64,000 nucleotides of DNA from an uncultured delta proteobacterium. GTDB lineage: Bacteria; Myxococcota_A; Polyangia; Polyangiales; Polyangiaceae. Position 1 is the first letter of the stretch. Each line of letters starts with the position of its first letter. The position numbers were made by a program, and so were the translations under genes. The stretch is from NCBI GenBank assembly GCA_963850305.1, contig CAWKKR010000001.1, positions 320,001 to 384,000 of the forward strand, written 5' to 3'. Positions 55,408 through 64,000 of the stretch are shown piece after piece. A model generated the notes under the pieces. The model searched no databases. It was given only the letters and a program-made list of their open reading frames with translations, and had not been told where the DNA came from.

Positions 55408-56319
55408 TCAGCGGGTCGGCTCGACGACTTCTGCGGCAGCCCCGCCCACGTTCAGCCGCGTTCCGGGAGCAGCCGCAGCGGCGAAGATCGAGGCAATGGC
55501 GATGGGGCCGCCCCAAAGCGGGCTCTCCGCGGCGCTTCGTGTCTCTCCTGCCAGGGCCCCGTCGGGACCAAACACCGATGTTCCCGAAGGAGGAGGCGAC
55601 CCGGCCTCGATTCGTAGAAGAACGAGACGCTTCTTTACCTTGCCGCGCTTGTCTTGCATGAAGACAGCTTCCTGGCCGAGATAGCAGCCCTTCGACCAGG
55701 AAACGGCACGCCGATCGAGCGACGCCTCGTGTGGATTCTGGTGTTCGTCCATGTCCGCGCCGAAGGTGGGGACGAGGCGCTCCACGCGTAGTTGCTGCCA
55801 CTCTTTGCATGACGCGACGGTACCTCCCAGCTCGACCACCTTGGCCTCGACCAGATCGGCGGTTCCGGCGGGGACCACCAGCGCTGCGCCCCCCAAACCC
55901 GTGATGTCGATCGACGCTGGTGTTGCGCCGACGGCACGGGCGACTTCTGCCGCGACCTCCGGGCTCCGCACGCCGTGCAAGGTGAACCACCGAAAGCGGT
56001 CGGACACGTCGCTGAGCTCGGCGTCCTCCATGACAAGGAAACTCCTGAAAGTGTCGCAGATGCGATGAAGTGCCAACCGAGGGATGCCGAGGTGTACGGA
56101 TTTCTGGGTCGGCGCGACCAGCACGTCCGCCAAGATCTTCCCCTGCCGGGTCAGCGCGAGCCCCCATCGGCCGTCCCCCTCCGCAATGGAAGCGACGTCA
56201 GCCGTCAAGAGACCTTGCAACCAACCCAGGCGGTCCCGTCCGGTAACGTCGAGCGTCCCCCGCTCCGGCATCTGCACGACAACGGCACCGCTCCGCGCGG
56301 CCAAATCGAGATCCGTCAC
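55408..56319 (-). CDS. ygfZ: YgfZ/GcvT-family folate-binding protein
   Basis: KGCYLGQE signature; GRDRLGWLQGLLT. Confidence 0.9.
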   Translation of the reverse strand: MTDLDLAARSGAVVVQMPERGTLDVTGRDRLGWLQGLLTADVASIAEGDGRWGLALTRQGKILADVLVAPTQKSVHLGIPRLALHRICDTFRSFLVMEDAELSDVSDRFRWFTLHGVRSPEVAAEVARAVGATPASIDITGLGGAALVVPAGTADLVEAKVVELGGTVASCKEWQQLRVERLVPTFGADMDEHQNPHEASLDRRAVSWSKGCYLGQEAVFMQDKRGKVKKRLVLLRIEAGSPPPSGTSVFGPDGALAGETRSAAESPLWGGPIAIASIFAAAAAPGTRLNVGGAAAEVVEPTR

Positions 56320-56363
56320 TCGACTAGAGTGGCGGCGTTACGCGATCGAGTCAACGGCGCGGT

Positions 56364-57161
56364 TCACTTGACCGGGACGCCCTCATCGGAGAGCGGATAG
56401 ATGACACCGTCTTTGACTTTCACGTTTCGCTCGACCCCGTCCGAGCCTCGAAGCAGAAGCTCGACTCCCAGCTGAGCGTTGGCATTGATGAGGCTCTGGG
56501 CCTCACCCTCTTCCATGTCGCGGACCCTTTTTTGCTGAATCTCCACCAGTTCGTCCCCCGGCTTGATTCCCGCGCGCGACGCGGGTGATTCCGCGAGCAC
56601 GCGAGTGACAGCGATACTCTCCGTGCGAAGCTCGTAGAGAAACCCGAGGCCCCATTCCGGGTGCGCCGGCTCCACACGGAGCTTCACGTGCGCGCCGCTC
56701 TCGCACTCGATGTCCGTCGCTTCCGGACCCACGAGCGACGTCAAACCGTGGACCTTCTCGAGACAGATGGGGTGATTGTTGATGGGGTTACTGTCCCAGA
56801 CTTCGACACGAACACGCGCATCGGGCGGGATGCGGTAGTTCGCAAGGGTCTGGTCAGGCCATGTCGGAGAGAGAGTGTTCGCCTGGATGGGAGTGCGCAC
56901 GATCTCACGATCGTTGATGAACAGGATCGCGAACGGATCTGGCAAGCTGCCGCCTAGGCTGTCCCACTTGCGGCCATCCGGGGTCAATGGCGGGATCTCG
57001 GCACCTGCAAAAGCGATGAAAAGGACATCGTGAGGCGGCGGCGGCGTAAGCTCACGACCGGTGGGCGGCGTCCGGACGGGCGGGGATATCTCCGGGAAGA
57101 CGGCGCCGCACGACACGACCAAGAAAAACGCAACCAGCGGACGCCAGGAAACACTCATCAA
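56364..57161 (-). CDS. Lipoprotein with a C2-like domain and a C-terminal PDZ domain
   Basis: VVSC lipobox; PDPFAIL...RTPIQANTLSPTW...VEVWD (C2-like); GLGF...SPASRAGIKPGDEL (PDZ). Confidence 0.7.
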   Translation of the reverse strand: MMSVSWRPLVAFFLVVSCGAVFPEISPPVRTPPTGRELTPPPPHDVLFIAFAGAEIPPLTPDGRKWDSLGGSLPDPFAILFINDREIVRTPIQANTLSPTWPDQTLANYRIPPDARVRVEVWDSNPINNHPICLEKVHGLTSLVGPEATDIECESGAHVKLRVEPAHPEWGLGFLYELRTESIAVTRVLAESPASRAGIKPGDELVEIQQKRVRDMEEGEAQSLINANAQLGVELLLRGSDGVERNVKVKDGVIYPLSDEGVPVK

Positions 57162-57197
57162 CCACGAGGCTATCCCATCGAGTCCGGCGCCGGCAAC

Positions 57198-57956
57198 CTA
57201 ACGGGACCCCGGCAAGGACCCGACCTCGAATCCGCTCGCCAACCGCAACGCGTCCGCGTCTGCCACGCAGGCCGTGTTCGTCGGATCCAGACCGAGAGCG
57301 ACCAGGCCTCCAGCGAGTATTCGCGCCGTCATCGAGCCATAACGGTATCGGATCCGCGAGGCGCCAAGCCGGCCCGCCCACCCGAGCAGGCCATCGACCA
57401 CGGCCGCAGCTGCGCGCTCGACGCGTCTCGGCTCGGCTCTATCGGGTCCCGTCACGAAGGCAGGACGGCCGATCACGAAGGGCAATCCGCTGGCGCGCAG
57501 CTCCGACTCCAGTCTGAGGCGCGCGGCGTAGTAGGGGTTCGTCGACGGCTGGCCAGCACCGAGAGCCGACAGGTAGACGAAGCGGGGTCGCGACCCGCAC
57601 GCAACACAGGCCGAGAGCAGCAACGCCGTGAGACCGTAGTCGACGGTGTCGTAAGACTCGGCGAGTCCGTCTCGCGCGCGCGTCGCGCGCATTCGAGCCC
57701 GCGTCGTCCCGAGCAGCCCGAACACGAGTGTCGGGCCGAGACGCGAGAGGGTCGCTGCAAAGGAGGTCGCGTCCCAAGCTGTCGAATCGACGGTCGCGCC
57801 GTCACCGGTCAGCTCTCGACTGACCCGCCCGAACTCGCGAGCGTCAGGTCGCACGTGTGCGATCGTCTCCACGCGGCGTGCGACGAGCTGCCGAACCACT
57901 TCGCGACCGGTGTAGCCGGTTGCCCCCGCGACGAACGCAATCGACAAGGGACGCAC
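57198..57956 (-). CDS. NAD(P)-binding Rossmann-fold protein (atypical SDR, TIP30/YraR-like)
   Basis: VAGATGYTG, LLGTTR, VDYG, YLSALGA. Confidence 0.8.
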   Translation of the reverse strand: MRPLSIAFVAGATGYTGREVVRQLVARRVETIAHVRPDAREFGRVSRELTGDGATVDSTAWDATSFAATLSRLGPTLVFGLLGTTRARMRATRARDGLAESYDTVDYGLTALLLSACVACGSRPRFVYLSALGAGQPSTNPYYAARLRLESELRASGLPFVIGRPAFVTGPDRAEPRRVERAAAAVVDGLLGWAGRLGASRIRYRYGSMTARILAGGLVALGLDPTNTACVADADALRLASGFEVGSLPGSR

Positions 57957-58098
57957 CCAACCTTTCGCGGCGCCGGGAAGTGAGGTTCACCGTTATACTC
58001 GAAGTTGCGCGTGGAGTGACGGGGACTGGCTCCGTTTCGACCCGCGGATTTCGGGGTGCGAGACCGGCGAAGGGGCATTATCATGGGATCTAGAGATC

Positions 58099-58935
58099 AT
58101 GGCTCGTATGTTCGGCTTCATCGGCAATCGCGCGGATCTCGGTGCACGCGTCCTCGCGCTACACGCAGACGTATTGAAGATCCCGGTTCTCGCAGCAGAC
58201 GGGCCGATGGGCTGGGGCATGGGGTTCTATCAAGCCGGCGAAGTATTGCTCCGGCGGCGGCCCATCGACGAGCGCGAAATCATCGATCTCACGCCCGTGG
58301 TGGAGGGGATCCGAACGGACATCCTCATCGGGCACGTACGCAAACCAACCGTTGGTGGGCTGCGGACGGAGAACACGCACCCGTTTCGCTACCGGCAGTG
58401 GCTATTTGCGCAGACGGGAACAATCGGCGGATTTTCGATGCTGCGGGACCGTCTCCTCCAATCCCTGCCTGAATTCTTGCGACGAAATGTCCGCGGCGAC
58501 ACGGACAGCGAGCTATTTTTCTACTTGTTTCTTTCGTTCCTGCATGACGCTGGCCACCTCGCAGATGGCCAGGTGGCGCCGGAGCACATTCGGGCGGCGC
58601 TGCGCGCCTCCATTTCGCTGGTGGACCGGCTCTCCGCCGAGGAGGGTTATCCCCGCAATACGGGCGACCTTCTGGTCACGAACGGGGAGTTCCTGGTCGG
58701 GATGCACCGCGGCGAAGAGCAGATGGCTTATCGCGTCTTGAACGGCCGCCACGACGTCGAGGGGCTCCTTGGCGATGACGGCATGCAGCAAGCCAGAATC
58801 CCCAACGTCGACACGACCCACTTTTCCATCGTCGCAAGCGGACTCGAGCGGATCCCGAAGGGCTGGAAGACCATCGCGGAGCGGGCGTTCTTCGCCATGA
58901 ACCGCACGGACGAGCCTTCTTTCGAGTCCATCTGA
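58099..58935 (+). CDS. Class II glutamine amidotransferase-like protein (EgtC/YafJ type) without the N-terminal Cys
   Basis: GWGMGFY, GHVRKPTVG, ENTHPF, GDTDSE; begins MARMFG. Confidence 0.85.
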   Translation: MARMFGFIGNRADLGARVLALHADVLKIPVLAADGPMGWGMGFYQAGEVLLRRRPIDEREIIDLTPVVEGIRTDILIGHVRKPTVGGLRTENTHPFRYRQWLFAQTGTIGGFSMLRDRLLQSLPEFLRRNVRGDTDSELFFYLFLSFLHDAGHLADGQVAPEHIRAALRASISLVDRLSAEEGYPRNTGDLLVTNGEFLVGMHRGEEQMAYRVLNGRHDVEGLLGDDGMQQARIPNVDTTHFSIVASGLERIPKGWKTIAERAFFAMNRTDEPSFESI

Positions 58936-58937
58936 TC

Positions 58938-59585
58938 ATGCCGGGGAAAGCGCCCGGATGCCGCAATGTCCGAGGATGGGCCGGATGCGGGCTCCTTGCC
59001 GTGTGGGTTGCAGTAGCCTGCGGGCAGGCGTCGTTGCGAGAGCCGACATCGAGCGCGGCGGAAACTAGAAGGCCCGCTGGCGTCGCGGTCGACCTGCCGT
59101 TCATACTGCCGAACGCATCGGCGTCCGCGACGCCCGACGACGGTCTGACGGTACTGGCCGCGCCCACGGATCCGGCACCCGTGCGCCGGGTTGTCGCGGC
59201 ATTTTTCGACGCGGTCGTCGCCGAGTCTCCGGGAGCCCTGGAGCGTCTGCTGGAGCGGTCGGCCCGCATCAGGACCGCCCCCGGAACCCACCCGGACGGC
59301 GCATTTGCCGCGTGGCGACGCCGTTTCGACCGGCTCGATTACTCGTCGCTAGGGTCCCGTGTCCTCTATCTGCCGTCGAACGTCGAGGTGCGGGCCGCCA
59401 GCGATGGGACCCAGCGGTTCGCCGGCGTGGCTCCGGGCGAAAATGAGGTAGTGGTTTTGGTGCCCATGCTCGAGACGGATAACCGGTTCTTCGGCCCCGA
59501 GATCGTATTTTTGCTCCGGAGGGGCCGAGACGGTTACAAGAATCGCCGAGCTGTTCGAGGACTTTCGGCTACCGTGAGGGACTAG
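58938..59585 (+). CDS. Hypothetical lipoprotein; possible frameshift near the 3' end
   Basis: VAVAC lipobox; VVAAFFDAV NTF2-like helix; an alternative frame ends IAELFEDFRLP. Confidence 0.6.
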   Translation: MPGKAPGCRNVRGWAGCGLLAVWVAVACGQASLREPTSSAAETRRPAGVAVDLPFILPNASASATPDDGLTVLAAPTDPAPVRRVVAAFFDAVVAESPGALERLLERSARIRTAPGTHPDGAFAAWRRRFDRLDYSSLGSRVLYLPSNVEVRAASDGTQRFAGVAPGENEVVVLVPMLETDNRFFGPEIVFLLRRGRDGYKNRRAVRGLSATVRD

Positions 59586-59594
59586 GGATTCGGA

Positions 59595-60434
59595 ATGCAA
59601 CAAGGGCCATTGAGCTGCTGGCAATGCGGGACTGTGCTCTCGGCAGCAGGAGGCCGGTGTCCCGCCTGCGGCGCAGAGCAACCCCCGGAGCCCGCCCCGA
59701 ATTCGGCACGCATAACGCAGAGCCCTGGCGTTCGCATCCTTCGAGACCCCGACGATCGTGAGCGCAGCGAACACAATCGCGCGCGAAGGACGCTTCCCTG
59801 GATCGTGCTGGCGGTCGGACTTACGGCCATTGGACTGGTCGGAGTGCTCCTCAGTCCCCACGGAGCGCGCGTCCAGTCCGCGACGGCCTCGTCACCGAAA
59901 CCCGTCTCTGTCGGGGTCCCCGTTCGCCCGATAGACCCGAACGATCTCGGGATCGCAAACACGAAGTACGTCGATCCGACCGATGTCCTCGGGCGGGCGC
60001 GCCCGCGAGCGCTCGCTTGGAGCAAAGACGCGATGCTCGTCGGTATCCACGCGCAACCCGTCCTTGGCGGGCACGTCAATCTAGCGAACGGCGGCGCAAT
60101 CGAGTGCATATACGGGAAACCGACAGGGGAAGGATTCGGCCCGGGAGCAAGAGTTGCGGGGAAGCGCCTGCGCATCGCGACGAGCAGAACCGGGACGACA
60201 ATCGCCGAGACGGCGGCAGGAGGGTCGCGAGCCTCGCTGGAACCGAACTGCCCACTCGATGAAGCCATCCGCCGAGCGCAGGCCGCCGGAATTCGCGCGG
60301 ACGCACCACTGGCGGTTGCTTATGAGTACAGCGAGCGGCATCAGAAAGCCATTTGGCGAATCGCGGCGATCGGCACGGACGAAACCGAGACCCGCACCGT
60401 GGACGGCTGGACTTGCGCCATCCTCGTTCGCTAA
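59595..60434 (+). CDS. Zinc-ribbon, single-TM hypothetical protein
   Basis: CWQC...CPAC, then TM LPWIVLAVGLTAIGLVGVLL. Confidence 0.7.
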   Translation: MQQGPLSCWQCGTVLSAAGGRCPACGAEQPPEPAPNSARITQSPGVRILRDPDDRERSEHNRARRTLPWIVLAVGLTAIGLVGVLLSPHGARVQSATASSPKPVSVGVPVRPIDPNDLGIANTKYVDPTDVLGRARPRALAWSKDAMLVGIHAQPVLGGHVNLANGGAIECIYGKPTGEGFGPGARVAGKRLRIATSRTGTTIAETAAGGSRASLEPNCPLDEAIRRAQAAGIRADAPLAVAYEYSERHQKAIWRIAAIGTDETETRTVDGWTCAILVR

Positions 60435-60446
60435 GGGGGTTCGCGC

Positions 60447-61364
60447 TTAGAGTGCCCGCACGAAGGTCGGCGCGCTGGGCTTTTGCCCGAAAATGCCCTT
60501 GCGACGCGCCTCGCCCAATGCGCGCCAAGCGGCGCGATATCCACGCATTAGCAGCGCCCGCGCCGCAAACCGGTTGAGGTAATCGAACATACCAATATTC
60601 GGCGCAATATCGATGAACGTCGTGGTCGGATGCACGCGCGAATACAAATCGAGTCCCCTCTTTTCCTTCTCCGTCAGCATGATATTCAGGGATTGAGTCA
60701 TCACCTTCAGCGCCGTGAGTCGAGCGATGCTGCGCGTCGATTTCTTGGTGGGACGATAGATATTCGAGATCAAGACTACGTCGGCGCCCGCAGCAACGGC
60801 GATGTCCGCCGAGAGTGTTCGCGCAATCTCACCGTCCACGTGGTAGCGACCTTCGATTTCATATGGACGAAATAACCCAGGCACGCAGCACGAAGCCGCG
60901 ACGGCGCGACTTATCGGGGTTCGGGAGTCGTAGCCACGTCCGAAAACGACACGCTCGGCGCGGTCGATGTCGACGGCTGTGACCAGAACCAGCGGCTTCA
61001 CCTTTTCGAAGTCATTGATCGGGAGGTGACCAGCCAAATGGCGCTCGAAGCGGTCGATGGAAAGGGCCCCTGACAGCAAGTATCCGGGATCAAGGAAATC
61101 CCTCAGCTGGGGTAAGCCGGCAAATTCGACGCCGCGGAACCGAATGCCGTCGTGCCGGCGCCGCCAAGGTGGTCGGAACCCATCGATGAGCACGTCAAGC
61201 GGCATCCCCTGACCGTAAGTGGCGGCCACGATTGCTCCTGCGCTGGCGCCCACGAAAATGTCTGGCCTGATACCGAACTCCTCACAGGCCTTCAGGACCC
61301 CGAGGTGAGCAATACCCCGCGCTGCTCCCCCTGTTCCGACGAACGCAATCCTCAGCTTACGCAT
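60447..61364 (-). CDS. Patatin-like phospholipase
   Basis: GGAARGIAHLGV, GASAG, AASCCVPGLF, VDGE. Confidence 0.88.
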   Translation of the reverse strand: MRKLRIAFVGTGGAARGIAHLGVLKACEEFGIRPDIFVGASAGAIVAATYGQGMPLDVLIDGFRPPWRRRHDGIRFRGVEFAGLPQLRDFLDPGYLLSGALSIDRFERHLAGHLPINDFEKVKPLVLVTAVDIDRAERVVFGRGYDSRTPISRAVAASCCVPGLFRPYEIEGRYHVDGEIARTLSADIAVAAGADVVLISNIYRPTKKSTRSIARLTALKVMTQSLNIMLTEKEKRGLDLYSRVHPTTTFIDIAPNIGMFDYLNRFAARALLMRGYRAAWRALGEARRKGIFGQKPSAPTFVRAL

Positions 61365-61482
61365 TCTCTCCGAGTCCGTTCGCGGGTGCTCCTTCGCGGC
61401 GCTCCTGAACGGCACCACAGACTCATGTGCGACGCGATCGAGATCCGCGCGATGCTGCGCAGATATTCAGCGCGCGATCGGT

Positions 61483-61956
61483 TCACATGCCGGACAAGAT
61501 CAGGAAGCTATCCCCGTGTGGAACGAGCTCCAGCCGGTTGTCCGCGACGCGTCTCCTCCACTGCTCTCCGGTGGGGGACGGAATACGGTAGCTCGCCGTG
61601 TACGTGTAATCGACGAAGATGGTGTTTTTCCGTCCAGCGCTGACTCGCCGGTAGTGAATCTCGTACCGGATTCCCCGAGTGTCCTTGAACTCGCCGTTCA
61701 AGTAGTCTCGGAAGCCGGCGAGGTCGAGATCGTCGGAGGCGTCAATGTTACCGCCATCCTCATAATACCGCGGATCGGCCATCTTCAGCAGCAGCGGGAC
61801 GTTACGGGCCTCGACCGCGTGGCGATATTGTTCGCAAAATTCGACGATGCGCCGGTTGGTGTCCGTATCCTCGACGTCCGTATTCGGGATGTACTGGGTC
61901 GCGCATGCCGAAAGGGTGCCGAGCACCAGGCACAAGACCACCACGCGAGACGTCAT
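61483..61956 (-). CDS. Hypothetical lipoprotein (possible NTF2-like fold)
   Basis: MTSRVVVLCLVLGTLSAC lipobox; YRHAVEARN...Y.EDGG...FLILSGM. Confidence 0.75.
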   Translation of the reverse strand: MTSRVVVLCLVLGTLSACATQYIPNTDVEDTDTNRRIVEFCEQYRHAVEARNVPLLLKMADPRYYEDGGNIDASDDLDLAGFRDYLNGEFKDTRGIRYEIHYRRVSAGRKNTIFVDYTYTASYRIPSPTGEQWRRRVADNRLELVPHGDSFLILSGM

Positions 61957-62038
61957 TCGGCCCAAGAACGCGCAGCGGGGTCGGGTCATTCCGCGGGCGG
62001 ACAGTGCCAGAGTCTTTGCTCGGGCCGCAAGTACGCCG

Positions 62039-63934
62039 TCATCCTCGACGAGCATCTCGAAGCTCTTCCAGAATTGCCAGAAAGGCGGGCCAGCCTGGTC
62101 GGGCGGCACCATGGAACCCATTCGATAGCCGGAAATTGGCGAGCGCCGAGGTCAGGCGGCCCCGGTCGAACCCGGCAAAAGACGACCGGCGCAGTACCGC
62201 GGCTGCGGCGCCATCCACGGGCGGCGTCCAGGCGGCCGCAGCGAAAAGGTCCTGAACTACGCCGCCAACGTGGTCCGCCGCGATCACAATCATGGCCTCT
62301 GCATCCCCGGCCCGGAGTAGATCCGAGGCAACCAGGAGCGCTTCGATCGGAGCCTCGGGACCCGCCCCCACGGAGAAACAGGGACCGAGGAACCCGAACG
62401 CAATGGAGCACTGCCCTGGGGGTACGTTCGGGGATGTCGGAGGGAAGCGGCGCGGACGGGCCCCAGGGGCGCCTCGTCCACGCAGCCCATCAGCAAATGA
62501 TTCGTCGTTCTCCAGCGTCGCCGCGATGGTGCCCATGGCGACACCGGTTCGGGCGAGGGGCAGCTCGGGAAGACCCAACTTGGCGAGCCGACCGAGTACC
62601 CCGGCAACTGCCGCAATGGCCGCCCCGGAAAGCGGGTCGACGCGCGATAGCTGCACGTCGGCCATGCGCGTTCGGTGGGCGACTGGGGAGAGATCTCGTG
62701 CGGTGACGGCTGCCCCAACTGCCACGACTTCGACATGCGAGGAGACGATGGGCGTGCCGCTGACCCGATCGCGTGCAAGGACGAGACTCGCGTTCGCACC
62801 ACCGAACGCCGCCGACAGTTTCAGCGCATGCCGCGGGTCGCCCGCAGCGTTCTCCGACAGAAGGTGGAAGCACACGTCGGGGTCGATCGGGCCTACACCT
62901 AGCGCCGCCGGGAATATGCCTCGGGCTAGTGCATCCAGCGACGCGGCCGCCTCGAGCGCGGAACTGGCGCCGAGGGTGTGACCGATGACGGCCTTGAACG
63001 GGTGCACCGGAAATGCGCGAGCACCGAAGACTCTCTTTAGCGCACGCGCTTCGGCGGCATCATTGAAACGCGTCGCGGTCGCGTGAGCGCTCACCAGATC
63101 GATCGCGCTCGCATCGAGGCCGGCATCGACGAGGGCAGATAGCGCGGCCCGGCCGAGCCCTCGTCCCTCGCGGTCGGGCGCCGTGACATGAACCGCGTCG
63201 GACGTCGCACCGAAGCCACGCACGAATCCGACTACCCGGGTGGCCGCCGCTGGCACGGCGCTCAACGCGAACAGAGCCGCTCCTTCGCCGAGCGACATGC
63301 CTTCGCGATCACGCCGGAACGGCGCGGGAGGCGCGCCAGAAGTAGCGCCCAATGACTCGAACCCGGCCGCCACGAATGTCGTCACCGCATCGTAGCCGCC
63401 AGCGATGACCAGGTCCGCCTCGTTGAGTTCGAGCCACCTGCATCCGATGCCGATCGCCATGCCGGACGAGGCACAGGCTGCCAGAACCTGGACGCGCACC
63501 ACCGGCGCAACGGGCAGCGCCGCGTCGAGCGCCGCGAGCGGGCCAAAATACGGGGTTGCTCGCGCCAACTCGCGCGGCACTTCCTGACCTCGATGGCGCA
63601 AAGAAAGCGCGCCCATGAGAGACTCCAGACCTCCTGACGACGTCCCGACGATGACCCCGATCCTGAGGTTTCGCCACGCCGGTAGCACGTCATCAAGGTC
63701 CCGGACGAGATCCTGCGTCACACGACCCAGAAGCCCGACGGCAGCGTCCCCCTCGAACGCGCCGCGGCGCGCCGTACGTGCAACCCAAGGCTTGGCGAGA
63801 CCTTCGTCCCGCAGGTCGGGGTCAAGCGCAATCTTCGTGTGCGGCGCGGCTCCGACGTGGCCGACCGAATACGCCTCCGCCCCGTGACCGAGCGCCGATT
63901 CAGCAGCGATCGCGATGACCGCGACGGCTCTCAC
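62039..63934 (-). CDS. Beta-ketoacyl-ACP synthase (FabF-like) fused to a second truncated KS-like domain
   Basis: ACASS (Cys), PFRRDREG.SLGEGA, HATAT..ND, KAVIGHTLG, AFGGAN; C-terminal part RVDPLS...FPPTSPNVPPGQCSIAFGFLGP. Confidence 0.85.
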   Translation of the reverse strand: MRAVAVIAIAAESALGHGAEAYSVGHVGAAPHTKIALDPDLRDEGLAKPWVARTARRGAFEGDAAVGLLGRVTQDLVRDLDDVLPAWRNLRIGVIVGTSSGGLESLMGALSLRHRGQEVPRELARATPYFGPLAALDAALPVAPVVRVQVLAACASSGMAIGIGCRWLELNEADLVIAGGYDAVTTFVAAGFESLGATSGAPPAPFRRDREGMSLGEGAALFALSAVPAAATRVVGFVRGFGATSDAVHVTAPDREGRGLGRAALSALVDAGLDASAIDLVSAHATATRFNDAAEARALKRVFGARAFPVHPFKAVIGHTLGASSALEAAASLDALARGIFPAALGVGPIDPDVCFHLLSENAAGDPRHALKLSAAFGGANASLVLARDRVSGTPIVSSHVEVVAVGAAVTARDLSPVAHRTRMADVQLSRVDPLSGAAIAAVAGVLGRLAKLGLPELPLARTGVAMGTIAATLENDESFADGLRGRGAPGARPRRFPPTSPNVPPGQCSIAFGFLGPCFSVGAGPEAPIEALLVASDLLRAGDAEAMIVIAADHVGGVVQDLFAAAAWTPPVDGAAAAVLRRSSFAGFDRGRLTSALANFRLSNGFHGAARPGWPAFLAILEELRDARRG

Positions 63935-64000
63935 CGTTCCTTCTCCAGATGGAACGCGAAAACGCGTACGTGATCCCAGCCAACGACGAGCACTTCGTTC
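63931..64000 (-). CDS. 3' end of an unidentified upstream gene (partial)
   Basis: ...NEVLVVGWDHVRVFAFHLEKER-stop, GTGA overlap with the KS start. Confidence 0.4.
   Translation of the reverse strand, partial: NEVLVVGWDHVRVFAFHLEKER

Overview
GC-rich bacterial chromosomal segment. Gene content (AglRQS-type motor, Cys-rich lipoproteins, conserved hypotheticals) points to Myxococcota, probably Polyangiaceae-like; this is an inference. Left to right: an ethylmalonyl-CoA pathway cluster (mch partial, ccr, mcd); two back-to-back MotA/TolQ + 2x ExbD/TolR triads, one resembling aglRQS; an intact but catalytically degenerate membrane pyrophosphatase homologue; a SWIM-SNF2 ATPase; an accessory block (about 14.7-25.4 kb) with a heavily frameshifted RND pump, two small genes behind sigma54-type promoters, NmrA, an unknown helical protein, a 9x42-bp double-palindrome tandem array and a P450; the mreBCD-mrdA-rodA operon; a two-RRM protein; and a long run of housekeeping and lipoprotein genes (pepP, rluB-like, lepA, M16 peptidases, PMM, biotin carboxylase, rlmN, mazG, cysK, ygfZ) ending in a fused KS/KS-like gene. 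Scattered single-base frameshifts look like sequencing or consensus errors. No rRNA, tRNA, CRISPR or transposase was recognised. All family assignments come from motifs recognised by eye, not from database searches.
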